Of a stretch of DNA of 64,000 nt, positions 38,592 through 51,422 are shown piece by piece. The DNA comes from Pecten maximus (lineage: Eukaryota). The position numbers and the translations under genes were made by a program. The notes under the pieces were generated by a model. That model was not told the DNA's origin, did not search any database, and saw only the letters and a program-made list of their open reading frames with translations. Position 1 is the stretch's first letter. Each line of letters opens with the position of its first letter. Location of the stretch: positions 9,548,001-9,612,000 of the forward strand of contig NC_047029.1 of assembly GCF_902652985.1 (NCBI RefSeq), in the 5' to 3' direction.

Positions 38592-41500
38592 TTATGCTTT
38601 GACGCAGGTAAAGTTGCAAGCCAAGGGACTTCCGATATGGTGTTTGTCCTTTACCAACCAGCCGGATTTGGTTAAAAATGCATCTTTGTTTTCGGTCCCC
38701 CAGCCAACACCGTAACCAGGGGAGCCATCTTTCGACAGACTTCGAGGAAGACAAGAAACTGAACTGATGGCGTAACCTACTGCTGCCACACTCGCATCAC
38801 CGACGTTTCCCTTATGGCTGCTATGGACATCGGGATCAGTGATGGATACAACACCGCCATCCTTCAAGACGCGCTTCACTTCTTTCATGACATTAGCTTG
38901 GTCCGGCAGATCGTGAAGAAGATCAAACATAATCACCCAATCAAATTTACCGTTCCAGTCGGCGGGCATGGAAGTCGCGTCTTCCTTTAAAAACTTCACG
39001 TTTTTGACGCCTTCAGATTTCGCGATGGCATTGGCTTTGGTTATTGCGATTTCGCTGTAGTCAACGCCGTATATGTCTGCGTCTGGGAAACGCTTACTTA
39101 ATGCTCTAGTCACACAACCTTCACCTGATCCTAAATCCAAGATGGTGGTCACTGTCTCTGAAATAATCAAATTATCTATGTGTAAAAATGATTGATGTTT
39201 TGTGTCCAAAGTGATTATTTACAAAATGTTTTATTGTTTACATAATTATTCAATAAGTATAGACCTAGCGTGCGATCGATTGAAGCATTAAACGTTTTAA
39301 ATCATCTCCTTAGACTATTTTGATTTTTCAGGGTTAGGGAATAGGCTGTCCATCCTTAACCAACCTTAAATTACAGCGGAAAACTGAAAAAGAATAATGC
39401 ATACAATGCGTGTATGAATCATTGTTTTTGAAAAATCATATTATACAATTTGATTTTAAATTTTTTATTTTAAATGTTGATTCACATATACCAAGATTAT
39501 GTTAGAAACAAAATTTGTGCATGAAAATAAGTCTGTCATATATATATGTTATAAGTTATATATGATACAGTGAGCAAATAATAATGAAAAAAAAACAGTA
39601 AACAAAAATATGACTACAGACACTGAGTCAGTTTCATTATTGTTAGCACGAGTAAGAATACATTTATTACTAAGGAGACAGTTTCATTAGTGTTAGCACG
39701 AGTAAGAATACATTATTACTAAGGAGACAGTTTCATTAGTGTTAGCACGAGTAAGAATACATTATTACTAACGAGACAGTTTCATTAGTGTTAGCACGAG
39801 TAAGAATACATTATTACTAACGAGGAAAAACTATACATTTGGCTATTAAGACAAGTGTACTTTATCTGTAGTGAACTCATACATACAGGGGCAATGTTTT
39901 TACGTGAAGTCAGAAATAAGTCAAGAATCGGTCATCCATTTCTTTGTCCAAGATTAGGTACCAAATGTGGTTGCAGGAAGTTGGACCATGACAAATAACT
40001 TTATGCTTTGGTGATATAACAGTTGAGGATTGCATGACAACCACAGGGCCATCCCTAGAAAACATTAGTCTTACTGATGATAAAACCTTACTTGTCAACT
40101 TTGCGGCGGGTGTAAAGAGCTGGTCTACCACCGCGCCTGTATCCGACATTCGTTGTTCGAAGACATCAAATGTTTCCGGAAGTTCATCAGCAAGGGTGTA
40201 CCCTAAAACACCCAATGGTTATAACATAACTAATAAACGCAGAAGTCATTACACAGCGCATTGGTTATTATCGGAATCTGACATAAAGTCTGAGATCAGA
40301 GGCAAAGAAAGTAGAATATAATGTAATAGAAAGAAGGGCATAATGTTATAGAAAGTAGAGTATAATGTAATAGAAAGTAAAGCATAATGTTATAGAAAGT
40401 AAAGTATAATGTAATAGAAAGTAAAGTATAATGTAATAGAAGTAGAGTATAATGTAATAGAAAGTAAAGTATAATGTAATAGAAAGTAAAGTATAATGTA
40501 ATAGAAGTAGAGCATAATGTTATAGAAAGTAGAGTATAATGTAATAGAAAGTAAAGTATAATGTAATAGAAAGTAAAGTATAATGTAATAGAAAGTAAAG
40601 TATAATGTAATAGAAAGTAAAGTATAATGTAATAGAAGTAGAGTATAATGTAATAGAAAGTAGAACATAATGTAATAGAAAGTAGAACATAATGTAATAG
40701 AAAGTAAAGTATAATGTAATAGAAGTAGAGTATAATGTAATAGAAAGTAAAGCATAATGTAATAGAAAGTAAAGTATAATGTAATAGAAGTAGAGTATAA
40801 TGTAATAGAAAGTAAAGTATAATGTAATAGAAAGTAAAGCATAATGTAATAGAAAGTAAAGTATAATGTAATAGAAGTAGAGTATAATGTAATAGAAAGT
40901 AAAGCATAATGTAATAGAAAGTAAAGTATAATGTAATAGAAGTAGAGTATAATGTAATAGAAAGTAAAGTATAATGTAATAGAAGTAGAGTATAATGTAA
41001 TAGAAAGTAAAGCATAATGTAATAGAAGTAGAGTATAATGTAATAGAAAGTAAAGTATAATGTAATAGAAAGTAAACTATAATGTAATAGAAGTAGAGTA
41101 TAATGTAATAGAAGTAGAGTATAATGTAATAGAAAGTAGAATATAATGTAATAGAAAGTAGAGCATAATGTAATAGAAAGTAAACTATAATGTAATAGAA
41201 GTAGAGTATAATGTAATAGAAAGTAAAGTATAATGTAATAGAAAGTAAAGTATAATGTAATAGAAAGTAGAGTATAATGTAATAGAAAGTAAAGTATAAT
41301 GTAATAGAAAGTAAAGCATAATGTAATAGAAGTAGAGCATAATGTAATAGAAAGTAAAGCATAATGTAATAGAAGTAGAGTATAATGTAATAGAAAGTAG
41401 AGCATAATGTAATAGAAAGTAAAGTATAATGTAATAGAAGTAGAGTATAATGTAATAGAAAGTAAAGTATAATGTAATAGAAAGTAAAGTATAATGTAAT

Positions 41501-44500
41501 AGAAAGTAGAGGATAATGTAATAGAAAGAAGGGTATAATGTAATAGAAAGTAAAGTATAATGTAATAGAAGTAGAGTATAATGTAATAGAAAGTAGAGTA
41601 TAATGTAATAGAAGTAAAGTATAATGTAATAGAAAGTCACATATAATGTAATAGAAAGTAAAGTATAATGTTATAGAAAGTAAAGTATAATGTAATAGAA
41701 GTAAAGTATAATGTAATAGAAAGTCACATATAATGTAATAGAAAGTAAAGTATAATGTAATAGAAAGTAAAGTATAATGTAATAGAAGTAGAGTATAATG
41801 TAATAGAAGTAGAGTATAATGTAATAGAAAGTAAAGTATAATGTAATAGAAAGTAAAGTATAATGTAATAGAAAGTAAAGTATAATGTAATAGAAAGTAA
41901 AGTATAATGTAATAGAAAGTAAAGTATAATGTAATAGAAAGTAGAACATAATGTTATAGAAAGTAGAACATAATGTTATAGAAAGTAGAACATAATGTAA
42001 TAGAAGTAAAGTATAATGTAATAGAAAGTAACATATAATGTAATAGAAAGTAACATATAATGTAATAGAAAGTAAAGTATAATGTAATAGAAAGTAAAGT
42101 ATAATGTAATAGAAGTAAAGTATAATGTAATAGAAAGTCACATATAATGTAATAGAAAGTAAAGTATAATGTAATAGAAAGTAAAGTATAATGTAATAGA
42201 AGTAGAGTATAATGTAATAGAAGTAGAGTATAATGTAATAGAAAGTAAAGTATAATGTAATAGAAGTAGATTATAATGTAATAGAAAGTAAAGTATAATG
42301 TAATAGAAAGTAAAGCATAATGTAATAGAAGTAGAGCATAATGTAATAGAAAGTAAAGTATAATGTGATAGAAAGTAAAGTATAATGTAATAGAAGTAGT
42401 AATGTAGTAAGTAATATTAAAGAAGTAAGTATAATGTAATGAGTAAGATTTTAGAGTATTAATGTATAGAAGAGTAAATGTATAGAGTGTAATAGAATGT
42501 AGAGTAGTATATGTAATAGAAGTAGAGTATAATGTAATAGAAAGTAAAGTATAATGTAATAGAAAGTAAAGTATAATGTAATAGAAAGTAAAGTATAATG
42601 TAATAGAAAGTAGAGTATAATGTAATAGAAAGTAAAGTATAATGTAATAGAAGTAAAGTATAATGTAATAGAAGTAGAGTATAATGTAATAGAAGTAGAG
42701 TATCATGTAATAGAAGTAGAGTATCATGTAATAGAAAGTAAAGTATAATGTAATAGAAAGTAAAGTATAATGTAATAGAAAGTAAAGTATAATGTAATAG
42801 AAGTAGAGTATAATGTAATAGAAAGTAGAACATAATGTTATAGAAAGTAGAACATAATGTAATAGAAAGTAGAACATAATGTAATAGAAAGTAGAATATA
42901 ATGTAATAGAAAGTAGAATATAATGTAATAGAAAGTAAAGTATAATGTGATAGAAAGTAAAGTATAATGTAATAGAAAGTAAAGCATAATGTAATAGAAA
43001 GTAAAGCATAATGTAATAGAAAGTAGAACATAATGTAATAGAAAGTAGAATATAATGTGATAGAAAGTAAAGTATAATGTAATAGAAAGTAAAGCATAAT
43101 GTAATAGAAAGTAGAATATAATGTAATAGAAAGTAGAATATAATGTAATAGAAAGTAGAACATAATGTAATAGAAAGTAGAATATAATGTAATAGAAAGT
43201 AAAGCATAATGTAATAGAAAGTAAAGCATAATGTAATAGAAAGTAGAATATAATGTAATAGAAAGTAGAATATAATGTAATAGAAAGTAGAATATAATGT
43301 AATAGAAAGTAAAGTATAATGTGATAGAAAGTAAAGTATAATGTAATCGAAGTAGAGCATAATGTAATAGAAAGTAGAGTATAATGTTATAGAAAGTAAA
43401 GCATAATGTAATAGAAAGTTAATTTGAAATACAATCCTAAGATTTTCTTTGTTGCATTTGTGCATTATAATTTAAAAGTATGACTTTTTGGAAATTTTGC
43501 TTGTGGACTACTTTTTGTGAAAGCTTTCTTGACGTCGTTATTCGGATGTCCATTTCATATGTAGGTAATTTCAGTTGTTTTCATTGTATAGAACTTCTCT
43601 TTAGTTAAACTCCGTGTCTCGAGTAATTTTTTACATAAACATGCAATGCTTATCTTCACGTTTTACAGATTTGGAATACCGAATCATGACTTGGAGGATC
43701 AATTTCGTTGCTGTAAACGTCTCGATGATTGGTTTGGTTTGGTTTATTTTGTTTAACGTCCTATTAACAGCTAAGGTCATTTAAGGACGGCCTCCCGTGC
43801 GTGCGACATGCATGCGTGTGGTGAGTGCGTATGTGTGTTTTAGGAGGCTGCGGTATGTTCGTGTTAAGTCTCCTTGTGATAGACCGGAACTTTTGCCGAT
43901 TTATAGTGCTACCTCACTGAAGCATACCGCCGAAGACACCCAGCAGTACACCCCACCCGGTCACATTATACTGACAACGGGCGAACCAGTCGTCCCACTC
44001 CAAATATGCTGAGCGCTAAGCAGGAGTAGCAACTACCATTCTTAAAGACTCTGGTATGTCACGGCCAGGGGACAGAACCCAAAGCCTTCCTCACAGGGGC
44101 GAACGCTCAACTAAAGGCCAAAAGTGAGGCATTGTCAAGGGAGACATTAGGAAGAAGAAAGTTGTTGAGAAAGAAGAGAAAAGATAAGATCCCAAATTTA
44201 GTCGCCTCTTACGATCATGCAATGGGGGCAGCAGGTACAATTCTTACGCCCTACCTGCAGGACAGACGTCTCGATGACAAGCGCAGCGACACCCTTCTTT
44301 GAATAATCAGGAAAATTTCCCATTTTTGATTCTTTTATTTTGTTTTTCGAAATAAAAACGTCCGATTCAGTGATATTTTCAACAATCGGCTTCACGTTTT
44401 TTCAAATTCTTTTCTACTGCTACGCAATTATAAATTGCAAGGTAATTTTTTTGCATGGAACAACCACTTTCGACATACAAATTTTTCAAAATATCACACC

Positions 44501-47500
44501 AGAAGAATTTTTTTTAGAATATTTGGTCATCTGAATTTCCTACATCTTTAATATTACGGCATACAAAGTTCAGAAAACTAACCTCGTGGCCCGTCCTTCT
44601 TGAAACAGTTCTTCGCTTTCGCAGTCAGAGTACCCAGGACAGGGAATAAAAAGGCAAACTCAGTTCCACTAAGTCCCGGTTTAAGTTTCTCAGGAACGAA
44701 ATATTTGTCGGAGTCATCCAGCGACACGATCCTGGTCGACACCATACAGCCGAGCCACTCCCTAACATACCTGAAAAGGGAGGTAATTATAAGTCGTTAT
44801 CTTTTATCAGACCATACAGCCCAGCCACTCCCCGACATACATACAAAGGGAAATAATCATTCAACCCAGCCACTCCCGGACATACCTACAAAGGAAGATA
44901 CTCATTCAACCCAGCCACTCCCGGACATACCTACAAAGGAAGATACTCATTCAACCCAGCCACTCCCGGACATACCTACAAAGGGAGATAATCATTCAAC
45001 CCAGCCACTCCCGGACATACCTACAAAGGGAGATAATCATTCAACTCAGCAACCAATCGGGAACCGTCGGCACTTTCCGTAAACGTGCCGACGGTTCCCG
45101 ATTGCTCAGCAACTCCCGGACATACATACAAAGAGAGATAATCATTCAACCCAGTCACCCTCAGACTAACCTAAAAAGGGAGGTAATAATAAGTCATAAT
45201 TTTTTTCCAGACCATACAGCCAAGCCACCCACGGACATACCTACAGAGGGAGATAATTAGTCAGTTGTTTGACCATATAACTCCGCCACTAAATGATATG
45301 CCTACAAAGGGAGGTAACTGCACGTTATACATCGGTGGTCAGGCCATATAGACAAGTCATACACGTATATACCAATAAAGGGAGATAACTACATGTAATA
45401 CATCATAAATCAGAACTTACGGTCTAGTCATTCCCGTGGACAGTGCACACAAGTAAGTATATAATGGATGATTTTAATAGACATGGTACAAAGGTATCTA
45501 ACTATGTTCTGATGGAAATCCTACGCCCCAATCTATCATATAAACAAATAAACAATATATGTTTTGTGGAAATTATATTCAGATACAGCACATGCGTGTG
45601 CTTCTGGTTAGTACTACTACTACTACTACTAATAAAAAGCCCCTACTCCTTTGATATAGTAAGAGTAGGACTAATATACGTATATGTTTCTATTAATACT
45701 TACCAGAAGCAGACGCCTGTGGATATAGCTTGATTGATTTCCAAACGTCCGCGCGACCATGATTGCATCATAACACGTTTGTATACATTATAAAATAGAA
45801 AGGGTTTGTTTGTTTGTTTAGATTTACGGTCCATCGACAACTATGGTTAGACAGGGAGTAAATCTAACGAAGCAATATAATGACGAGCGTATCAAAAATT
45901 ACAAGTGAACAGCGTGCATACTTGCATATTTACCCAATATTTGCATAATACATTTCCTAATTTTCCAATGTGGTTTATCTAGACGGTCATAATATTTTGG
46001 ATCATTCATTTCCTAATTTTTCAATGTGGTTTATCTAGACGGTCATAATATTTTGGATCATTCATTTCCTAATTTTCGTGGTTTATCTAGACGGTCATAA
46101 TATTTTGGATCATTCATTTCCTAATTTTCGTGGTTTATCTAGACGGTCATTATATTTTGGATCATTCATTTCCTAATTTTCCAATGTGGTTTATCTAGAC
46201 GGTCATAATATTTTGGATCATTCATTTCCTAATTTTCGTGGTTTATCTGACGGTCATAATATTTTGGATCATTCATTTCCTAATTTTCGTGGTTTATCTA
46301 GACGGTCATGATATTTTGGATCATTCATTTCCTAATTTTCCAATGTTGTTTATCTAGACGGTCATAATATTTTAGATCATTCATTTTCTAATTTTCGTGG
46401 TTTATCTAGACGGTCATAATATTTTGGATCATTCATTTCCTAATTTTCGTGGTTTATCTAGACGGTCATAATATTTTGGATCATTCATTTCCTAATTTTC
46501 GTGGTTTATCTAGACGGTCATAATATTTTGGATCATTCATTTTCTAATTTTCGTGGTTTATCTAGACGGTCATAATATTTTGGATCATTCATTTCCTAAT
46601 TTTCGTGGTTTATCTAGACGGTCATAATATTTTGGATCATTCATTTCCTAATTTTCGTGATTTATCTAGACGGTCATGATATTTTGGATCATTCATTTCC
46701 TAATTTTCCAATGTTGTTTATCTAGACGGTCATGATATTTTGGATCATTCATTTCCTAATTTTCGTGGTTTATCTAGACGGTCATAATATTTTGGATAAT
46801 TCGTTTCCTAATTTTCGTGGTTTATCTAGACGGTCATAATATTTTGGATCATTCATTTCCTAATTTTCCAATGTGGTTTATCTAGACGGTCATAATATTT
46901 TGGATAATTCATTTCCTAATTTCGTGGTTTATCTAGACGGTCATGATATTTTGGATCATTCATTTCCTAATTTTCCAATGTTGTTTATCTAGACGGTCAT
47001 GATATTTTAGATCATTCATTTCCTAATTTCGTGGTTTATCTAGACGGTCATAATATTTTGGATCATTCATTTCCTAATTTTCCAATGTTGTTTATCTAGA
47101 CGGTCATGATATTTTGGATCATTCATTTCCTAATTTTCGTGGTTTATCTAGACGGTCATAATATTTTGGATAATTCGTTTCCTAATTTTCGTGGTTTATC
47201 TAGACGGTCATAATATTTTGGATCATTCATTTCCTAATTTTCCAATGTGGTTTATCTAGACGGTCATAATATTTTGGATAATTCATTTCCTAATTTTTCA
47301 ATGTGATTTATCTAGACGGTCATAATATTTTGGATCATTCATTTCCTAATTTTCGTGGTTTATCTAGACGGTCATAATATTTTGGATCATTCATTTCCTA
47401 ATTTTCGTGGATTATCTAGACGGTCATAATATTTTGGATAATTCATTTCCTAATTTTCCAATGTTGTTTATCTAGACGGTCTAATTCTATGTCAGCCGGG

Positions 47501-49195
47501 GATATTCCTAACGATTTCGCTTGCCTATACTGTCCACAGGAAAGATATTTTATGTTTAAGGTTGGTTTTAAAATTTATTAGAAGGAGTTGATTTAATTAC
47601 AAATTTTAATTACATGTTAGATGGTGAAACTCAAACAGACTTCATTAAAATTACTTACGCAAAGTTGCAGGACATATCCCGTTTCTGGTTTTTTTTCGAG
47701 GACTGGTTATTTTTACTTTTGTATATTTGACGTCAGCCTACGTTTAGCACTAGTGTGTGATTTCGATAAACTGAACATACACCAAAAAAAAAATAAAAAA
47801 ACTACTCTTGTCACTCTTTAGATCTCGCGGCACTGTAAACATTGAATGATTCTATACGACCTTATTATGTTCGTTGGGCGCAAAACGCCCTGATGTATCA
47901 GGTAAAATGACAAGATGGGCTGCAATTAATGTTCTATACAATTAATTTTGGTATGTAATGTTCAATTTATGATTTTTTATCGTTAAGGATATGTGACGCA
48001 TGAGAAGTTTTTTTTTTTGTTATTGTAGTTTTACGAGTATTATTCAGATGATTAATGATGTGACAAGCACGAAGAAATTTTATATGTAGTTAAATTTTTC
48101 TGTAGAATTAATTACATGATTAACAATTATGATAATAATTTTGAGGTTATATACCGCTATATCACAGCAAAACATCAATCTCAAAGCTGTTCACAAATTA
48201 CAAATATGTAATTATCCCGTGTTATTAAGCAACCAGCCAATGTCTTTCTTCGTCTCCCATGGGAGGATACAGCCCGAGCTGCCATTTTGGCGCTAGCAGT
48301 TTACACATGACATTTCTTGCACTGACCAACCACATGTTTACAGCTGAGTCGGCTGGAACACAGCGGAGTAAAGTATCTTGTTCAAGGATACATCACAGCA
48401 TGCTTGGACTCAAACTAGCGACCCTTCGATCACGTAGTTCTGCATCTTACCACTAGGCCACTGTGTCGGGACTCAAACTAGCGGTTACATAGCCCTGCAT
48501 CCTACCACTAAACCAGCGTACCAGGACTCAAACAAGTGACCCTTTGGTCATGTAATCCTTTACCCTACCACTAAACCACAGACTCAAACAAGGGACCCTT
48601 TGGTCACGTCATCCTATACCCTACCACTAAACCACAGACTCAAACAAGCGACCCTTTGGTCACGTCATCCTATACCCTACCACTAAACCACAAACTCGAA
48701 CAAGCGACCCTTTAGTCACGTAATCCTATACCTAACACTAAACCACAGACTCAAACAAGCGACCCTTTGGTCACGTCATCCTATACCCTACCACTAAACC
48801 ACAAACTCGAACAAGCGACCCTTTGGTCACGTAATCCTATACCTAACACTAAACCACAGACTCAAACAAGCGACCCTTTGGTCACGTCATCCTATACCCT
48901 ACCACTAAACCACAAACTCGAACAAGCGACCCTTTGGTCACGTAATCCTATACCTAACACTAGACCAACGTGCCTCTAGAAACTGTACAAGTCAACACAT
49001 AAAACAGAAATAAAGACCAAGCATTTACCTCTCTTTGAGATTACAGGCGTCTGCCAGCTGCTGTGAAGATACTGGTTTGTCCAGTCTTTTCAGCTCGTTA
49101 AACAGCCCAAGATCTCTTCCTATTGTTATGGCAGAGGTGATGTAACTTCCAGCAATGAAGTTCGATATGTTTTTGGAATACGTTTCTAAATCCAT
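38592..49195 (-). CDS. Rv2258c-like class I SAM-dependent methyltransferase with N-terminal winged helix, copy 1; exons 49195-49029, 44770-44583, 40202-40092, 39157-38592 (343 aa)
   Basis: Four exons splice in frame: MDLETYSKNISNFIAG...IGRDLGLF..L....SSQQLADACNLKERYVREWLGCMV...CFKKDGPRGY...ILDLGSGEG...YGVDYSE...FDWVIMFDLLHDL...LKDGG...SCLP.S...G.GWG. Confidence 0.9.
39629..39824. repeat. Tandem repeat of about 50 bp, 4 copies
   Basis: Unit CAGTTTCATTAGTGTTAGCACGAGTAAGAATACATTATTACTAAGGAGA. Confidence 0.9.
40305..43420. repeat. 21/22-bp satellite of about 3.1 kb (about 140 copies) in methyltransferase copy 1 intron 2
   Basis: Unit AG(A)AAGTA(A/G)AGTATAATGTAAT. It generates the spurious LYFLLHY-type ORFs. 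Confidence 0.97.
43729..44265 (-). mobile_element. Full-length SINE-like retroposon with 12-bp target-site duplication
   Basis: Target-site duplication ACGTCTCGATGA at 43717-43728 and 44266-44277, an (AAACC)n tail, a degenerate tRNA-like region and a central GCGCTCAGCA...GTCAGTATAATGTGACCGGGTGGGG block (Meta-domain-like from memory). A partial copy lies at 50565-50742. Confidence 0.85.
44740..45440. repeat. Tandem copies (45-70 bp) of the intron 1/exon 2 junction of methyltransferase copy 1
   Basis: Minus-strand unit TTGAATGAGTATCTTCCTTTGTAG|GTATGTCCGGGAGTGGCTGGG matches the true junction CCCTTTTCAG|GTATGTTAGGGAGTGGCTCGG. Confidence 0.85.
45054..45104. mobile_element. 51-bp micro-MITE with 9-bp target-site duplication
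   Basis: Perfect 20-bp inverted repeats CAATCGGGAACCGTCGGCAC / GTGCCGACGGTTCCCGATTG with an 11-bp spacer, and CTCAGCAAC on both sides (45045-45053, 45105-45113). Confidence 0.85.
45950..47481. repeat. 52/56-bp minisatellite, about 29 copies, in methyltransferase copy 1 intron 1
   Basis: Unit CATTTCCTAATTTTC(CAAT)GTGGTTTATCTAGACGGTCATAATATTTTGGATCATT. Confidence 0.97.
48200..48965 (-). mobile_element. tRNA-derived SINE (about 48465-48200) preceded by about 9 tandem copies of its tRNA-like head (about 56-bp unit)
   Basis: Minus-strand unit TGTGGTTTAGTGGTAGGGTATAGGATGACGTGACCAAAGGGTCGCTTGTTTGAGTC grades into GTGGCCTAGTGGTAAGATG...GTTTGAGTCC...GTATCCTTGAACAAGATACTTTAC (CORE-like). Confidence 0.75.
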
Positions 49196-50564
49196 TTTCA
49201 GATTTGTAATTTGTCAACGCGCTTTCGGACCTAAGTGTGTATTTTCAGAGCTGCCGGGGAGTGCTTCTTGATGGGTAGACCTGACTGTTATGACTCGTAA
49301 GGGACTGGTGAGATAAAATAGTTAGCTAGATTTTTATACCTGTAGTAGGTACCTACGGACGACGTGCAGTGCCATATCTGTTTGATTCCCGGGATATCTG
49401 ACTTGCTCTCGCTTTTTTCTCCGCTTGCTGTATATTTTTGATACAAATAACTACATTGGTATGTCCACAAACTATGGAGACCGCGCCTTTCGAAGTCTAT
49501 TAAACAGTAGTCCTGCTGTAGTTTTCCATTTATTGGATGGGAGAAAGAATTTGAAGAAAGATTAGGACAGCCATCACTTTTAATGTCGTTACCAACTGTG
49601 TGTACGGAACAGCACAAGTATAGTAGATCAAAGGAATTCGCCTTCGTGGCTTTTGACTGCATCATCAAAAGAAATCAAATATATATATATATATCGCCCC
49701 ATTACGACATTTAGTATTGTGTGTAAATTTCATTATTAATTAATTTAGGTTTTCAATCATATTCGATTGTTTAGAGGAACAAGGACGTATCTCCAACATT
49801 GTTGCTCCGGTTCCTCTTTATAATGTAAACTCAGATAATTTCATGATCAGTTCTCGAAGGTTTACGTTTTGATTCGTTTGAATAGCTTCATAGTTTAGAA
49901 TATACACTCGGGGTTCTTTTGCAACTCAATATTGCACCGTCGTTGTGATTTTACCCAATACTTTTTCTTTGTCTTCGCGGCATCAGCCAATACTCTTAAT
50001 CCACTTTGGGTTCTGATGCGTGGCTTTGATTACCAGTCATCCGTTTGCGCATGTGTGCATGCCATATTGTCCGTGACTCGTTCACATTATGGAGAATAGA
50101 GCACCGCATTAGCGATTCAAGCAGTGGGTTTCTTGGTTTTAGTTGCAGTTATGAAGAGCTACGGTATTGATTCTCACATTATATGAGTATATATTTTCTA
50201 TCACTCAACACATTTTTGTAATTTCGTCATAATTTATATGTTAAGAAAACAAAGAGATGTTTTAAGACCTTGCCAAAGTCATTCATCCTTCAGTTTTTCC
50301 TATAGCTGTATCAACGATTTGTTATTTTAAATCACAAAAACGTTATTCAATATGTCGATCGGGTATACCATATAAACCTTAAAAAGCTCTTGCCACCAAT
50401 CTCCCTACAAATTTGATCGAACAGAAACCCCTTTGGCCCTAGTCGTATGCTTAACGATACAGATCCTGGTATACATGTAGTTCACAAGTTTTGAATTCTT
50501 CAAAATCAACTTTTTCATCAATTTATCTTCTGGAGAAACATAATTCTGCAGTTGGAGAAAGGTT

Positions 50565-50742
50565 TGGTTTGGTTTGGTTTTATTTATTTAACGTCCTATC
50601 AACAGCTAAGGTGATTTAAGGACGGCCTCCCGTGCGTGCGATATGCATGCGTGTGGTAAGTGCGTATGTTCGTGTTAAGTCTCCTTGTGATAGACCGGAA
50701 CTTTTGCCGATTTATAGTGCTACCTCACTGAAGCATCCTGAC
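50565..50742 (-). mobile_element. 5'-truncated copy of the 43729-44265 SINE
   Basis: Near-identical 3' part, with direct repeat GGAGAAAGGTT at 50554-50564 and 50743-50753. Confidence 0.85.
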
Positions 50743-51422
50743 GGAGAAAGGTTGTAAGAATATTGGAGAGTGAGCACAAAGAAAGTTTCTATGCCTTTAT
50801 TTCGGTAGGCAAGTTGTTCAGAAACTATACATGGAAGGGTAAACAGAAAATAACCAATGCTACATTTTAGAGATACGAAGTGCCTCAAAATGTGAAAAAG
50901 GCATACACTTTTCTCGTGTCATTGCTTCCTATCACAAGCAAATATTGTACTCGATTTTAAATGGAGAAGTCCAGAAGTGCTTAAGATGCTGCAATATTTC
51001 TATTACAGCATCTCGCCATTTAAAAAAATAAATAAACGGTACGCGTATTGCGATATACAAAACGTTATTGCAATATTTTTGTGCCACTGGAATATTTTGA
51101 GGCATCTTTAGGGAAAAAGTAACATAATAATATATCATACATTTTATGTATGAAGAAAATGACAGATCTGATTGAATGTTCACACACACAGATTAATAAA
51201 TTCGTTACCAAACTTCTGCCCACTCGTGCTCTGTGCATGGTTTCACAATTCGTGTTCTTTGGAAATTCCATGGACAATATGTTATGGTGCATCAACTTCA
51301 AAAAATGCTTCGGACAAAACTATCTACAGTATACACATTTCAAACTGATTAACGACGTGTTACTTTTGTTGCAACCAAGAGTATTCTGATTAGACTTTTG
51401 AATTCAAGTTCAATTTGCTATG

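Noticed and set aside
42395-42512. Scrambled patch inside the 22-bp satellite
   Set aside because: It looks like low-quality read consensus rather than a distinct element.
40296-43465. Long Leu/Tyr/Phe-rich ORFs (up to 503 aa)
   Set aside because: They are translations of the 21/22-bp satellite inside a methyltransferase intron.
45950-47481. CRISPR-like or ribozyme-like appearance of this and the other regular repeats
   Set aside because: No unique spacers, no cas genes and a eukaryotic context. No CUGANGA/GAAA core was seen on either strand, unlike the array at 8.8-9.35 kb.
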